Below are positions 49,501 through 60,141 of a stretch of DNA of 64,000 bases, one piece after another (within the stretch, counting starts at the first letter, position 1; every line of letters begins with the position of its first letter). The position numbers and the translations under genes were made by a program. The notes below the pieces were generated by a model, which worked only from the letters and a program-made list of their open reading frames with translations, had not been told where the DNA came from and made no database searches. Source of the stretch: Eledone cirrhosa (taxonomy: Eukaryota); assembly GCA_964016885.1 (NCBI GenBank), contig OZ024743.1, positions 126,170,001 to 126,234,000 of the forward strand. The letters run 5' to 3'.

Positions 49501-52500
49501 TGCTGTCATAGTGTTTTGTACTTTACAAGAATGTTTACTAATGTGGTTTCATGGTGTACAACTGTTGCAGTGTTAAATATAGAAGCAGAAAATTGAAGAG
49601 AAAAATCTGAATATTCAAAACCTTCAACAACAACAAAAAAATTCAAAGATTCAACAAACTATTGATATAAATCGACATTACCTTAGGGTGAAGGCCAAAC
49701 TCTGTGGGTTTTTCTGGATCTATGATTGTAGGGTAAGGGTTAAAGATGATATCACGACGATTAGATTTGCATGCAGCTTTTGTCATTGATATTAACAAGT
49801 CAACAACCTGTGAAAGATTACAATTAGAAAGTTAGAATTGTAAGAATGTTACAGTGAATGGCAACAATAATAACAAGAACAACATTACAACCAGCAATTT
49901 TATTGTCTATCTTTAAGTGATTTTATTATGACTGACATCAGCTAAAGAGAAAACATTTTTTATGTAAAGATGAAGTGTTTAGTTTTAAATAAGGATTATT
50001 ATGCTGCAGGTCAAGAAGGATATACCATGTATACTCATGGATATACCATGTATACTCATGGATATACCATGTATACTCATGGATATGTCACAGTTTTTTC
50101 CTAAAATAAATCAGATGCAAAAAGCTATATGTAACTCATCTAATGAACTTTGTTTGTTATTACGTCGAGGATTGAAAAACATTTTGTTACACTGAAAAAA
50201 TTTGTTATAATGGTATTCGTTATAACGGAATTTTACCTGTATATGGCAAATATTATATTTCCCATTACTCTGAACTCACCTCAGCACCAGTATCCATGGC
50301 AGTGGTGGCAGTACTCATTACACCAAGGTCTTGGAAAGCAAAAGAACACAACTCTCGAGCACAGACAGCAGGCTAAAAATTATTAATATAAAATATTATA
50401 AGAAAAATATCAAAAGTTTTCTTGAAGAGGGTGAAAATTCAGTCTTCTTGATCATTATAATACAACTTTTCAGAGAATAGCTACTCTCACAGTGGTACAG
50501 TAGCATTTTCCAACTACCATTTGGGTGTGTAGGTGACAGAACAAAAATGGTAGGGGACCATTACATTCCACATTCACATTTGAACTCAGAATGCAAAGTT
50601 GTCATTGGTGGGATTTGAACTTAGAGCGCAAGGATCCAGAATAAATACCACAAAGCAATTTAATCTGAAGTCTTAATGTCTCTGCCAATTCACCACTTTA
50701 ACCAGTATTTTACCTTTCTTTAAAGAAAAAAAGTGTTATCCTTATTGTTTCCAATTGATTTTTTACTTTTTGACCTAAATGGAAAATTTATATAGTGTTG
50801 GAGCAATTTTATTTACAATTGCTAGTTCCTCAATGCTATATTGCCAAACTCATTTTTGACAGTTTAGTCAGAGAGGAAAGCAAAGTGCCCATGCCTTTTT
50901 GGGAGGCCTCAAAACTGATGTGAGGGGTGTAGAAAGGTACAATCATATCCTCAAACCAAAGACTGAATGCTCACAGTAGAATGGACTCTGTTAAAGGCAC
51001 CCAAATGCCAGTTCAAACTGGGTGATGGATTAAATATATCACCCTAATAGTCCCCAGCAGAATTTGAATTCAGAATGCAAAGAGCTGTAACAAATACTGC
51101 AAGTATTTTGTTCAATGTTCTAATAATTCTACCACCTCATCTGGTACTTTATTTTATCCGCTTCAAAAGGATAAAAGGCAAAGTTGACCTTGATGAGATT
51201 TAAGCACAGGGTGCAGAAGAAATACAAAGGATTTTGTCCTATGCCATGTGTACAAAGTTAAAATCTCTATCTGAATAGAGAATAAAAATATTCTTTATCA
51301 TTTTTTTTCATTTTGTCTTTCATTTCCAGAGATGCTGATAAGTCAATTGATCAGGATTCAATTTCCAGTTGATTCTAAGATTGATATAATTGTTAGAGGA
51401 TGGGACAAAATACCTAGTATTTAGTTACAGCTCCTTATGTTCAGAGTTCAAATCTGCCCAAGATCATCTTTATCTCTTGTCCTTCCAGTGATGGATCCTA
51501 TTTATATTTCTATAATACCTCTTCGCTGTGAATGGAAGTTTAACACACTGAACTCATTGGCTACCAACAATGTTTGACTATATCCTGCCATTTTAGTATT
51601 CAGTTCTGTCACACACTTCTGATTACTATTGTTATCTTACATAGCTTTCTACACAAATCAGAGATTGTTTTACAGCATTGTTTTAGCATGACCCACTTGG
51701 TAACATATTGCTATGAGTTTTGGTCAAGTTTGTATATTTTTGAAATCTTTTTTTAGGCTTAATTGATAAATATAAATTTTTCTGTAATTTTTGTGCAGAC
51801 ATCCAAGGCTAGTGACTACATGTATGGTAGGGTTTCAGGGTTCAAATGGTTAATAGAAGACTAGGAATTTGTTTATACCACTGATACTAATAAAAAGGAC
51901 ATAAATAATGTATGATCTTATATCATTTTAACTATAAATCTGATGTGTTGCACCAATAATAAGAACTATATATTTTTACATTCATTTGGTGAATCAGTTT
52001 AAATTCACAACCATAGCCTCCACTTCATTCATTGTCATGTATTTTGAATTGAAGTTTTGTAGATCCTGGAAATAAGTTACATGATGGTGTTTCACATATT
52101 TTCATGGAAAATGGTATGACTTATACATGAGTATAAATGGTAACTTTCAAAGTTTAAATCAACAGACTCTATACTAAGCAATATGATTTATTCTACTCAC
52201 CTGTAGCATTGATCCATTTTGAAATAAATGGGCTTGGTCACAAACAACACAATATTCATTTAATGTTGGTATACGTTGGCGAGTGTACAAATAAACCTTA
52301 TAAAAAAATGAAAATAGATTATTTGAACTAGATTATTTTAACAAAATGGGTTCTGCATAAAAAATAACTGAGTTTCCATGAGATAAGGTATCTTTTAATA
52401 AAATTCAATAAAAATTATATATTTTTTATATAAGTAAATTCTCTTTTTCTAATACAGTTTTTGTTTTGTTTATTGTCTTATAAAGTTTAGATTAGTGGGG

Positions 52501-55500
52501 ATTGTCCTTATAGGTATGAGTTCTGTGGAAAATCTGAGGTTCCATGAGATAATTTGTTTTTTATTCATAGCAGAACTGGAACCGGATGGTCCTGTTATGA
52601 GGAAAGTCTGGTCAGTTGGTGCATACCTTGCTCATAATGGGACCGTATTTAAGCTGGGATATATATATCATCATCATCATTTTACGTCCGCTTTTCCCTG
52701 CTTGCAAGGGTGGGACGGGAACTGATTCTGGCTTGATTTCTACAGCTGGATGCCCTTCCTAACACCAACCTCATTTACAGTGAGTGCTGGGTGCTTTTTT
52801 GCCATGGCACCTCCACGACCACTTTGCAGTGGAATGATATGGACCCCAGTCCCTATCATCTCATTTCTACAGCTGAGTAAACTGGAGCAATGTGAAATAA
52901 AGTGTCTTGCTCAAGGAAACAACACATCACCCAGTCTGAGAATTGAACTCACAACCTTTCGATTGCAAGGCCAATGCTCTAACCACTAAGCCATGTGCCT
53001 CCATATTTATATATATATGTGTGTGTGTGTGTGTATAATTATATATAATGTCCGCTAAGGGAGAAATTAGGAATAAGAGGGATCAGATGTTGTTTACTCG
53101 AGAGAAGACTACGTTGGTATGGTCACGTGATGCGCATGAAAGACGACAGCTGTATAAAAAAGTGCAGGGCGATAAAAATAGATGGTAGCCACGGAGTAGG
53201 CAGACCCAGAAAAACCTGGGACGACTTGATAAATTCCGACCTCACACACTTACACCTCTCCAAGACAATGTCACTGGACCGAGATCTTTGGCGCTACACA
53301 GTTATACAGAAGACCCGCCTTGCCTAAGTACAAAGCGAAACCTACAGTCAGTAGGCACCTCTAACAAAATACACCCCCGTCCCACTACCCCCACCCCATC
53401 CACACCACCCCCTTAAATGTGAAGTTATGTTGGTACCACAACATCCAGTCCAAAACAAATGAGGTCGTGTAGGTGTCACAACAAAAAACACAGTCCACGC
53501 TGTAATGTGGCCGTGTAGGTAACACGGTAAAAACCTCCCAGTCCACACTGTAAACGTGGTTGGTGTTAGGAAGGGCATCCAGCCGTAGAAAACCCGCCAG
53601 ACGTGTAGGTGTCACGACAATAAAACACACAGTCCACGCTGTAATGTGGCCGTGTAGGTAACACGGTAAAAACCTCCCAGTCCACACTGTAAACGTGGTT
53701 GGTGTTAGGAAGGGCATCCAGCCGTAGAAAACCCACCAGACAGTCCTGAGCAAGACAACCAATCTTGCCTCAAGTGGGACAATTCCCGTCCAGACCCATG
53801 CTAGCGTGGAAAATGGACGTTAAACGATGATGATGATGATGATGAATGTATGTATGTATATGCACACAAACCTACAAAGAAAGAGGAAGAGAAAGGGTGA
53901 AAAATAAATAGTAAGAGATTTACCTGAGATAAAAATCCATACTCTAGGCAAGGAATCCGTTTGGATCTTTCCCCATCAGCTGTAGATGATGGAACCAAAC
54001 TGAGATCTCTTGTAAAAGAGTGGCTAAGATTTGGAACTGTTGCTGAAGAAGCAAGCCGCAAGATCCGACTGAGGCTAAGCTTGCCAACTTTGATTGGTGA
54101 GAATGTCGAGAGAGTGGAAGATATGGCTGTAGCACCACCTGAAGGGGCATTTTCATTGTTGTTATTGTTATTGCTGCTGCTACTACTGCTGCTGCTACTA
54201 CTGCTACTACTGCTACTGTTGTGATTATGGTGGCTGTTGTTATTGCTTTCATGACTTGCACAGTTTGTAGTTCTTGCAGAAATTGAAGGGATGTGATTGT
54301 CGTCTTTATTCTTGCTACTTTTACTTGAAGGATGACACAAACTGCAACAATCAGACACAGAGACAAGAAATAGTGGGAAAATTCTTCAATTAATTTATTG
54401 ATTAATCCATAAATTGCCATATTTCTGTCTAGAAAACAATCAAGAATTTGAAGAGATTTATTAATATAACTAACTTCCTTGTTATTAATCTGTTGTTTGG
54501 ATCATAACTTGACAAAGGTTCCTACATAAAACTATGGTGGAAGGTTTCTAGATAAATTTAAACACTTTAAAACAAACAGTTTTCTGCCATAGAAGCTAAA
54601 GCTGTTTCAGGTGGTTTAATATCAAAAGAGTTAACCTTTAAAAAAAAAATCATTCTATGATATAAAGCTGCCCATTTTAAGTGTTCAAATTGATATTAAA
54701 ACCTTCTACTATAATTTTGCATAAAAACCTTTTATGTTACACTCCGAACATCAGCTTAATAATAAAAAATTAGTTAAACTATGAAACCCTCTAAATTCTT
54801 GATTATTTTCAAAATTATTTAAAAACTATATGGAGTGTTTTTTGTTAGAAATATGGCAATAAAAGGGCTAAGGTAAAAAGGAAAATGTACTTACTACTCG
54901 GTATCTGATGTAGATTGTTCACAATGCTCAGATATATGACAAGGCATACTCTGAGATTTTGGTGCCAAGGAATGTGCTCTAAGGACATCTCTGTTAGCCA
55001 CTTTACGCCACTGATTTGATACAAATGTCTCCACAATTCTGAAAACAAATGTAAAAAAATAATTGCATTGGAAAAAACATAAATGGGAATGATTTGTTGG
55101 ATGAGTGGAGTGTCAATCAAAGAGAGGAAGACAAACAATGTATTGCTGAAGATGATGAGAATAGAACTAGTGATAAATGTTGGGAAGAGAAATGGAATGA
55201 GAAAGCTGGTTCATGTGTTGAGGAAGGATGAAAGTGACTGGGTGTGATGAGGGATAGAAATAAATGTGGAAGGAAGGGGAAGAAAAAAAAGGACATGGCT
55301 GGGGATGATGGTTGAAGAAATGAAAGTCAGGGGTTTATTTAAGGGGCAAATAGAGAAGCTTGTCATCAAATAGAGAAGCCAAGCTCTGCCTTAAAATACT
55401 TGTTCTTGTAAACATATTTGTTCTTATGAGTCCTCATCACCATTCTACAGCTAGATGCCCTTCCTGAAGCCAGACTTCACTTGTATTTTTTTAAGAAAGG

Positions 55501-58500
55501 TATAATCTTTTCATGTTTAATTACTGAGCAGCACAATTCATTTCATCATCATCATTTAACGTCCATTTTCTATACTACCAAGAGTTGGACAGGTCATTAT
55601 AAATCAAGTCAGTACTTGATCAAGGCTACTGACCTCTCAGATGGACTGGGGATCACATCATTTACATGAGTTCTTTCACTCTATTAAATGCAGTGGATGC
55701 ATTTTTATTGTGGCATCAGCACTATGGAGGTTGTCATATCTTTGACACAACCGAAGAGTCCTCTTAATTCTTTGTTAGGTCAGTTTTCTATGGTTGGATG
55801 TCATGACATTACAGCCTTTTTAGTGCTAGTGCTATGAAAAATGCACCCAGGACACCCTGTAAGGTGGTTAGGGATATAAAGGGCATCCAGCTGTAGAAAC
55901 TATGTAAAAAAATGGGTGGAACATAAACAAATACTACTTGTAAAGAATAGACAAATACATAGGCTTGCATGTGCACACAATTGTAAGCATGCCCACACAC
56001 ACATGACAGGCTTCCTTTCAGTTTCCATCTACAAAATTCAATCACAAGGCTATAGTAGAAATAGAATCCAAGTCCAGATGGCTGCTAAGTGCTCAGTGTT
56101 TATCAACTCCAGCAATATAAATGCAAAATCAACTATGATAGCAATTGCTTAGCAAAAGGGTTGGATGCCATGCTTTTCAGCATAGAGTTATGCCCCTTTA
56201 CGGTCTGAGTTCAAATCCTGCCGAGGTTAACTTTGCCTTTTTTCCTTACGGGGTCGATAAAATAAAGTACCAGTAATGCACTGGGATAATTACTGGCCTT
56301 GTGCCAAAAGTAGAAATAATTATTAATCCTTTAATCTGAAGACTGCCACCCTACTTCTACCCTAATAAGTCATCCACCTCGTAGTCCCAACCGACAGGAT
56401 GGAGATGGCGAGGGAGACATGCTAGAACAGCCATTCAACTTCATGGGGCTCGCATCTGCAGGCTGTCAACTCTGCTCTGATAGCAGTGAGCAGGGATATG
56501 GTCTGGGGGCCAAGGACGCTGGAAGACTTCACTGCTACAGGCTCAACCACAAACCTATGAGAGATCAGCTGGCTGATAACACTTTCAACTCACTAGCTCA
56601 ATATACTGGTCCTGGCAATTAGGGCTGGATTAAGTCTTTTTAGGTCCTAAGCACTTAAAATATTATGGTGCCCTCCATATATAAAGTCTGCAAAAACAGT
56701 TGTTGTTCGGAATGACAAATACAATTAATTTGAATAAAATGGTGTCCCTCATCCCTTAAAGCTCCAGCATGTTCTTTTTTCGTTTAATGGCTAATCCAGC
56801 CCTTGTTGACAATGTTTCACTATGTCCCATCATTCCATTCTGCCACACAGTTATGTTTACTACTTTTATTTACACCACTTTCTACACAAATCAACAATTG
56901 TTGTTTTAGCCTGAATTATTTGGTAAGGCATTGTTATGATCTTTGTCAAGTTTATACATTTAATATCTGTTTTTCAGTTTTAATCCTTATGACACCATAC
57001 TCCAAGTCCTTAAATACAGTTTTAATCCTTATGACACCCCACTCCAAGTCCTTAAATACAGGGCGTTTTTAAAATTTTATATGCTTAATTTTATGTAATA
57101 ATCTGTTTCCAATATCAGCTTAACCCTTTAGCATTTACATTACTCTGTATTTATTATTGTATTTTCATGGTAATCACTTTATCTCACATAATTATCTCAC
57201 ATAATATCGAATCTACGAGATTTTGATTTTATTTATTTTGAGAACAATACCTTAACATAAGTATGAGCAGCCATTTATGGCCAGTTTGAACAGAAAGAGG
57301 TGAGAGAATTCTGGCTGGATGCACCCAGTTTAAATGCTAAAGAGTTAATAAAGAGAAAGTTAGTTCTATTACTAAATCCTTTCAAATTCTGGATTATTTT
57401 CAAGGTTATTTGAAAATAATAGGCAATGTCATTCACTAGAAATATGGTAACAAAAGGGTTAATTGATGAATAACATTTTTTTTCAGTGATTTTCATCTGG
57501 GCACCCAAGGTTGAGGATCATGCACAAGGTGTAAGGTCAGAGTTCAAATAAATAAATATAATAACAAATAAAATAGTAAGAGAACAAGATTTCCATCTAG
57601 TTTTCCACATACTTTTTAATTTGACAACCAATACCCCATGGCTGATCTTTCTTGGACGGCTGGAATACTTCAACTTTTGGAATCTCTGCAAGAATTAAAA
57701 CATAAAAACAGCTAATAATCTGGCTTTTATGATAAAAACTGTATAAATATGATATTATTAGACAGCAATAACAAAAAAAGAAAAAGGAAACAAAAGGAAA
57801 GAAAGAATAGGGAAATATAGAGAAAAAGAGAGAAAGAAGAAAAAGAACAGGAAGGGGAGGGGATGGCAAGAGCTCTGGTGTCGCAGAAGAGTGGGGAGGG
57901 GTGAAGAAGGAAGGTGATTGGACTTTGGGCCTAGGGCAAAGGGGAAGGAGTGCTGCGCCCCACAGACAAGACAACAAAAGCATTCTCCCGGATGATGGCC
58001 AGTGACACCTGTTGCAACCTCGCGGGGCTTCCTCCTCAGATGGGCTGTCGATGCTCCGATCTTGCGGAGGAGCTCGGTAGTACGGGGTCCAAGTATGCCT
58101 GAGGTCTCAACAGTGACAGGTCCGAAGAGGAAGCAGCCAGACATTACAGAGTTATATCAATATAAGATCTTAACAACAACAAGGGCGCCACCAGCAACAC
58201 CATCGCCATCTTCTCATTTTATCATTTTTATCATCATCCTTACTTAGAATATCAACAACACCATTAGATTTCTGATTTATATTGGAATAGTTAAATGTAT
58301 TTCTGAATCCTTATAGTAATGAAGCTAATGAAGTATATCTATATATGTAACTGAAACACTGCCAGTCCTTCATAACTGTTTCTACTTTTTTGGCACAAGG
58401 ACAGCAATTACCCAGTACATTACTGGTACTCTATTTTATCGACCCCGTAAGGATGAAAGGCAAAGTTAACCTCGGCGGGATTTGAACTCAGATCGTAGAG

Positions 58501-59493
58501 GGATGTAACTATGATGGAAAGCATGGTGTCCGACTCTCTACCGATACTGCCAATCCACCGCCTTCATAACACCTCTTAAAATACTCTCCCTAAGTAACTA
58601 ATACATTACAGTGCCTCTTACACCAACTACTGCTCTGAAGGGAAAGAGAGGGAGTGACAGTGTGTGAGAGAGAGAGAGGGAGTGAGAGGGAGTGAGAGAG
58701 AGATTATGAGTTGTTTTCTGGCAGATGATGGTAACTGATTTTCCTGCAGTATGACTAGTTAACATGATAATCCCCATATGTGAGATGATGCTAGTGTATG
58801 TTATCTAGTCTTGGTATTTAACTAGGGAGCATCTATATGGTTACTTGACCTGTAAGAAATAGTAGCCATGACTACAATACATTTTATCACAAATTTGTTT
58901 AATTTGGGGCTAAATAACAATAACAAAGGCACAGCCTAACATCCCAAACATTAAATAAACTAGTTGACAAATGCTGAGAGGGTGGTAATTTTCTTTGTAT
59001 AATCTAATTAATTGTTTCTATTTTTGGCACAAGGCCAGCAATTACCCCAGTGCATTACTGATACTTTATTTTATCGACCCTGTAAGGATGAAAGGCAAAG
59101 TTAACATCGGCAGGATTGGAACGTAAAGGGCCATAACTTTATGCTGAAAAGCATGGTGTCTGACACTCTACCGATACTGCCAATCTTTGTGTAATTAATA
59201 TATCCTGTTTAGAATAAGAAAACTGTATACATGCGTGTTGTAAAAATTGACTAAAAGGGTTAGTGACACAAAAGACATCCAATTGTAAAACATTGCTGTA
59301 AAAAATCCTGTCCATCCAGCATGGAAAGGTCGACATAAAGATGATGGTGTTGATGATAGAATGAAAATAAAAAGGAGAGATAGTAAAGAAAGAATTCCAT
59401 ACCTGGGTTATCCAGATAAGAACTTAAAGAAACATTCAGACGAACCACTAAAGGTTCTTGGCGATTCATGTTCCAAGCTTCGGCGACAGTTTT
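28480..59493 (-). CDS. PARP6: PARP6/PARP8-family mono-ADP-ribosyltransferase, 15 coding exons (5' exons not found, probably outside window)
   Basis: Exons 59493-59403, 57685-57613, 55038-54895, 54341-53924, 52296-52201, 50372-50280, 49807-49682, 48188-48055, 44708-44660, 42512-42400, 40568-40496, 37357-37229, 36829-36775, 30352-30268, 28591-28480. All internal junctions are GT-AG with compatible phases; total 1791 nt = 596 aa + TGA. Motifs recalled from PARP6/8: QRIPTLNEYCVVCD, PAVCxRELC, WIIxSNRSHIVKLP, FAFHGSxIENWHSILR, GAAYGKGIYLSPISSISF, NCIALCE, CTRFFFVYED. PARP6 and PARP8 cannot be told apart here. Confidence 0.95.
28758..29104 (+). mobile_element. full-length tRNA-derived SINE with RTE-type tail (family A)
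   Basis: A/B boxes, GTTGGTGTTAGGAAGGGCATCCAGCTG module, tail CCGTCCCACCCTTGCAAGCAGGGAAAAGCGGACGTAAAATGA matching the RTE end at 17072-17123. Confidence 0.9.
29498..29753. mobile_element. TTAA-flanked (piggyBac-type) MITE family copy
   Basis: TTAA-CCCCTTT...AAGAG-TTAA; related copies near 37395, 37819-38055, 46150-46295, 54410-54870, 57349-57462. Confidence 0.65.
30268..30352 (-). CDS. PARP6: PARP6/8 exon (VVKAPELEKHGNVWVCTKSEYVCTRFFFV)
   Basis: ttgtag/gtaagt, 85 nt. Confidence 0.95.
30405..30620. repeat. ~30-bp degenerate minisatellite, left part (continues 33680-33955)
   Basis: unit approximately AATAGGGGCAAAAGATAGGTCTTAATAGT. Confidence 0.85.
30621..33677 (+). mobile_element. CR1/L2-group LINE, ORF2 region, decayed, antisense in a PARP intron
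   Basis: EN: YRPP, GDFNHPEIDW, TRGDNTLD, SDH; RT: DFAKAF, GVPQGSVLGP, YADD; C-terminal PHLEFASPVWNP, FFTxxVAEAWNKLP; (ATT)n tail. Confidence 0.93.
33680..33955. repeat. ~30-bp degenerate minisatellite, right part
   Basis: same unit as 30405-30620. Confidence 0.85.
34770..35050 (-). mobile_element. older tRNA-derived SINE (family C)
   Basis: minus strand reads TGACCTAGTGGTAAGG...GTAGTTTCGATTCCTGG...GTTGTGTTCTTGAACAAAACACTTCA; similar head near 60480-60620. Confidence 0.65.
36775..36829 (-). CDS. PARP6: PARP6/8 exon (HKNRFLQSDNINCIALCE)
   Basis: ttacag/gtaggt, 55 nt. Confidence 0.95.
37229..37357 (-). CDS. PARP6: PARP6/8 exon (VNGAAYGKGIYLSPISSISFRYSKMG...PQ)
   Basis: tgtcag/gtaaga, 129 nt; PARP YGxGIY motif. 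Confidence 0.95.
38660..38890 (+). mobile_element. decayed 3' fragment of a CRE-like (RLE) non-LTR element
   Basis: VFETFG...RIT...EGAWLF...SLAL remnant; related pieces near 34400-34620 (+), 35050-35190 (-), 59830-59990 (-). Confidence 0.55.
40496..40568 (-). CDS. PARP6: PARP6/8 exon (GSSIENWHSILRIGLLNASGTKYQ)
   Basis: actcag/gtaatt, 73 nt. Confidence 0.95.
40880..41227 (-). mobile_element. CR1-type LINE 3' fragment
   Basis: ORF 41000..41188 is near-identical to the end of the 30621-33677 element. Confidence 0.9.
42400..42512 (-). CDS. PARP6: PARP6/8 exon (QLSFMHTNHQFLLLSAAPAKEEIFRTARDRHGSTFAFH)
   Basis: tttcag/gtgagt, 113 nt; catalytic His codon split by the intron. Confidence 0.95.
42795..42942. 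repeat. (GA)n compound repeat with periodic GTAAGG
   Basis: direct reading. Confidence 0.9.
44660..44708 (-). CDS. PARP6: PARP6/8 exon (IITSNRSHIVKLPPTD)
   Basis: tttcag/gtaagt, 49 nt. Confidence 0.95.
45180..45333 (-). mobile_element. family B SINE
   Basis: matches 15971-16158 in reverse, with small deletions. Confidence 0.85.
46993..47475 (+). mobile_element. solo LTR (483 bp)
   Basis: TGTA...TACA termini, AATA on both flanks (4-bp TSD), TATAAATA near 47135, AATAAA near 47272, internal short tandem duplication. Confidence 0.75.
48055..48188 (-). CDS. PARP6: PARP6/8 exon (HKDYKKVKSILK...RLAYPLLQW)
   Basis: ttgcag/gtgagt, 134 nt; LAxPLLQW motif. Confidence 0.93.
48288..48655 (-). mobile_element. 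two tandem family B SINEs
   Basis: two near-complete copies; CTATCATAAT at the boundaries. Confidence 0.88.
49100..49342 (-). mobile_element. two truncated tandem family B SINEs
   Basis: core domain present twice; TTTTATTGCAATAATT repeated at the junctions. Confidence 0.85.
49682..49807 (-). CDS. PARP6: PARP6/8 exon (VVDLLISMTKAACKSNRRDIIFNPYPTIIDPEKPTEFGLHPK)
   Basis: tcacag/gtaatg, 126 nt. Confidence 0.95.
50018..50085. repeat. 21-bp tandem repeat x3
   Basis: GGATATACCATGTATACTCAT. Confidence 0.92.
50280..50372 (-). CDS. PARP6: PARP6/8 exon (PAVCARELCSFAFQDLGVMSTATTAMDTGAE)
   Basis: ttttag/gtgagt, 93 nt. Confidence 0.95.
52201..52296 (-). CDS. PARP6: PARP6/8 exon (VYLYTRQRIPTLNEYCVVCDQAHLFQNGSMLQ)
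   Basis: ataag/gtgagt, 96 nt; Cys/His zinc-binding region. Confidence 0.95.
52667..53002 (-). mobile_element. family A SINE, full length
   Basis: reverse complement of 28758-29104. Confidence 0.9.
53054..53845 (+). mobile_element. RTE LINE 3' fragment with ~137-bp tandem duplication in its 3' UTR
   Basis: ORF 53127..53327 is near-identical to 11985-12183; module duplicated at about 53466-53601 and 53602-53740; (GAT)n tail. Confidence 0.92.
53924..54341 (-). CDS. PARP6: PARP6/8 large exon with Ser/Asn-rich linker, ending KRIPCLEYGFLSQ
   Basis: ttgcag/gtaaat, 418 nt, inside ORF 53801..54358; IPxLEYGFLxQ motif. Confidence 0.88.
54895..55038 (-). CDS. PARP6: PARP6/8 exon (KIVETFVSNQWRKVANRDV...STSDTE)
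   Basis: tttcag/gtaagt, 144 nt, open frame, phases match both neighbours. Confidence 0.85.
56160..56325 (+). mobile_element. family B SINE
   Basis: B box, core domain and tail as in 15971-16158. Confidence 0.85.
56620..56805. mobile_element. hAT-type MITE
   Basis: TIR AGGGCTGGATTA/TAATCCAGCCCT; imperfect 8-bp TSD CTGGCAAT/TTGACAAT; the related repeat at ~51545-51700 lacks the insert. Confidence 0.65.
57124..57344. mobile_element. piggyBac-type MITE nested in another TTAA MITE
   Basis: TTAA-CCCTTTAGCATTTA...TAAATGCTAAAGAG-TTAA; removing it restores CAGCTTAATAAAGAGAAAGTTAG seen in other host copies. Confidence 0.75.
57613..57685 (-). CDS. PARP6: PARP6/8 exon (EIPKVEVFQPSKKDQPWGIGCQIK)
   Basis: ttgcag/gtatgt, 73 nt, phase 1 to 2; EVFQPS motif. 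Confidence 0.9.
57945..58140 (-). mobile_element. CRE-like (RLE) non-LTR 3' fragment
   Basis: FGPVTVETSGILGPRTTELLRKIG...RE...LAIIRENA resembles the CRE C-terminus (ETxG...AIQRGNA). Confidence 0.7.
58373..58562 (-). mobile_element. family B SINE, full length with TSD
   Basis: CCTTCATAAC on both sides (58368-58377 and 58561-58570). Confidence 0.9.
59008..59185 (-). mobile_element. family B SINE
   Basis: homologous to 58373-58562. Confidence 0.85.
59403..59493 (-). CDS. PARP6: PARP6/8 exon (KTVAEAWNMNRQEPLVVRLNVSLSSYLDNP)
   Basis: tttcag acceptor, gtatgg donor, 91 nt; resembles PARP6 AWxxxRxEPIVLRLxFSLSQYLD. Confidence 0.9.
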
Positions 59494-60092
59494 CTGAAAT
59501 ATCGACACAATGAAAAATAAAGAATCAGGAATATTAGTGAAAATATACCAAGTTGTGAATTAAGCAGCTGAAGTAGATGATAAATGTGTTAGTTTATATA
59601 CAAATTTAAGCATCATGTACTCTATATATACAGATATACATTGATTGTATATCTGTATATATACAGATATATATTGATTGTCTACTTGGGCTGTTTAGCA
59701 AACAACTTAATATGAATAACATTACAAATAATTAATAAAGAGAAAGAAAAAAATGCATAAGCAGGTAATTCATACATCTAGGACCGCATACAACAAAAGG
59801 TAGGTGAAACGGGTGGACAAACAAACCACTACCAGAGCAAACGATAACAATATCGTGAGGAGGACTGGGAAACCTCTCCAATAATTGTTTAGGTAAGCCA
59901 GCATGCTCACAGTGGGTGATGGCGAGGCTGATGCACTGAAACAACCAAGCACCCTCACAAGCATCACCAGTTACCTCTGTTAGGCAAGCTAATAATATGG
60001 AAATTAGTATGTCCATTTTAGGATACTACTATAAGTGATATGGTATATGTCTCTCAATTACAAATTTCCTTGTGGTTGTTTAGTTGATGTAC

Positions 60093-60141
60093 ATGCCTTC
60101 TGATGAGAACCCCAAAAGATTTGAAAATTCATTCAAGGTAT
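60093..60141 (+). ncRNA. type I hammerhead ribozyme motif (degenerate), antisense in presumed PARP intron
   Basis: AUGCCUU-CUGAUGA(60100-60106)-GAA..UUU-GAAA(60123-60126)-AUUCA-UUC(60132-60134)-AAGGUAU; 7-bp stem I, weak stem II. Confidence 0.6.
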
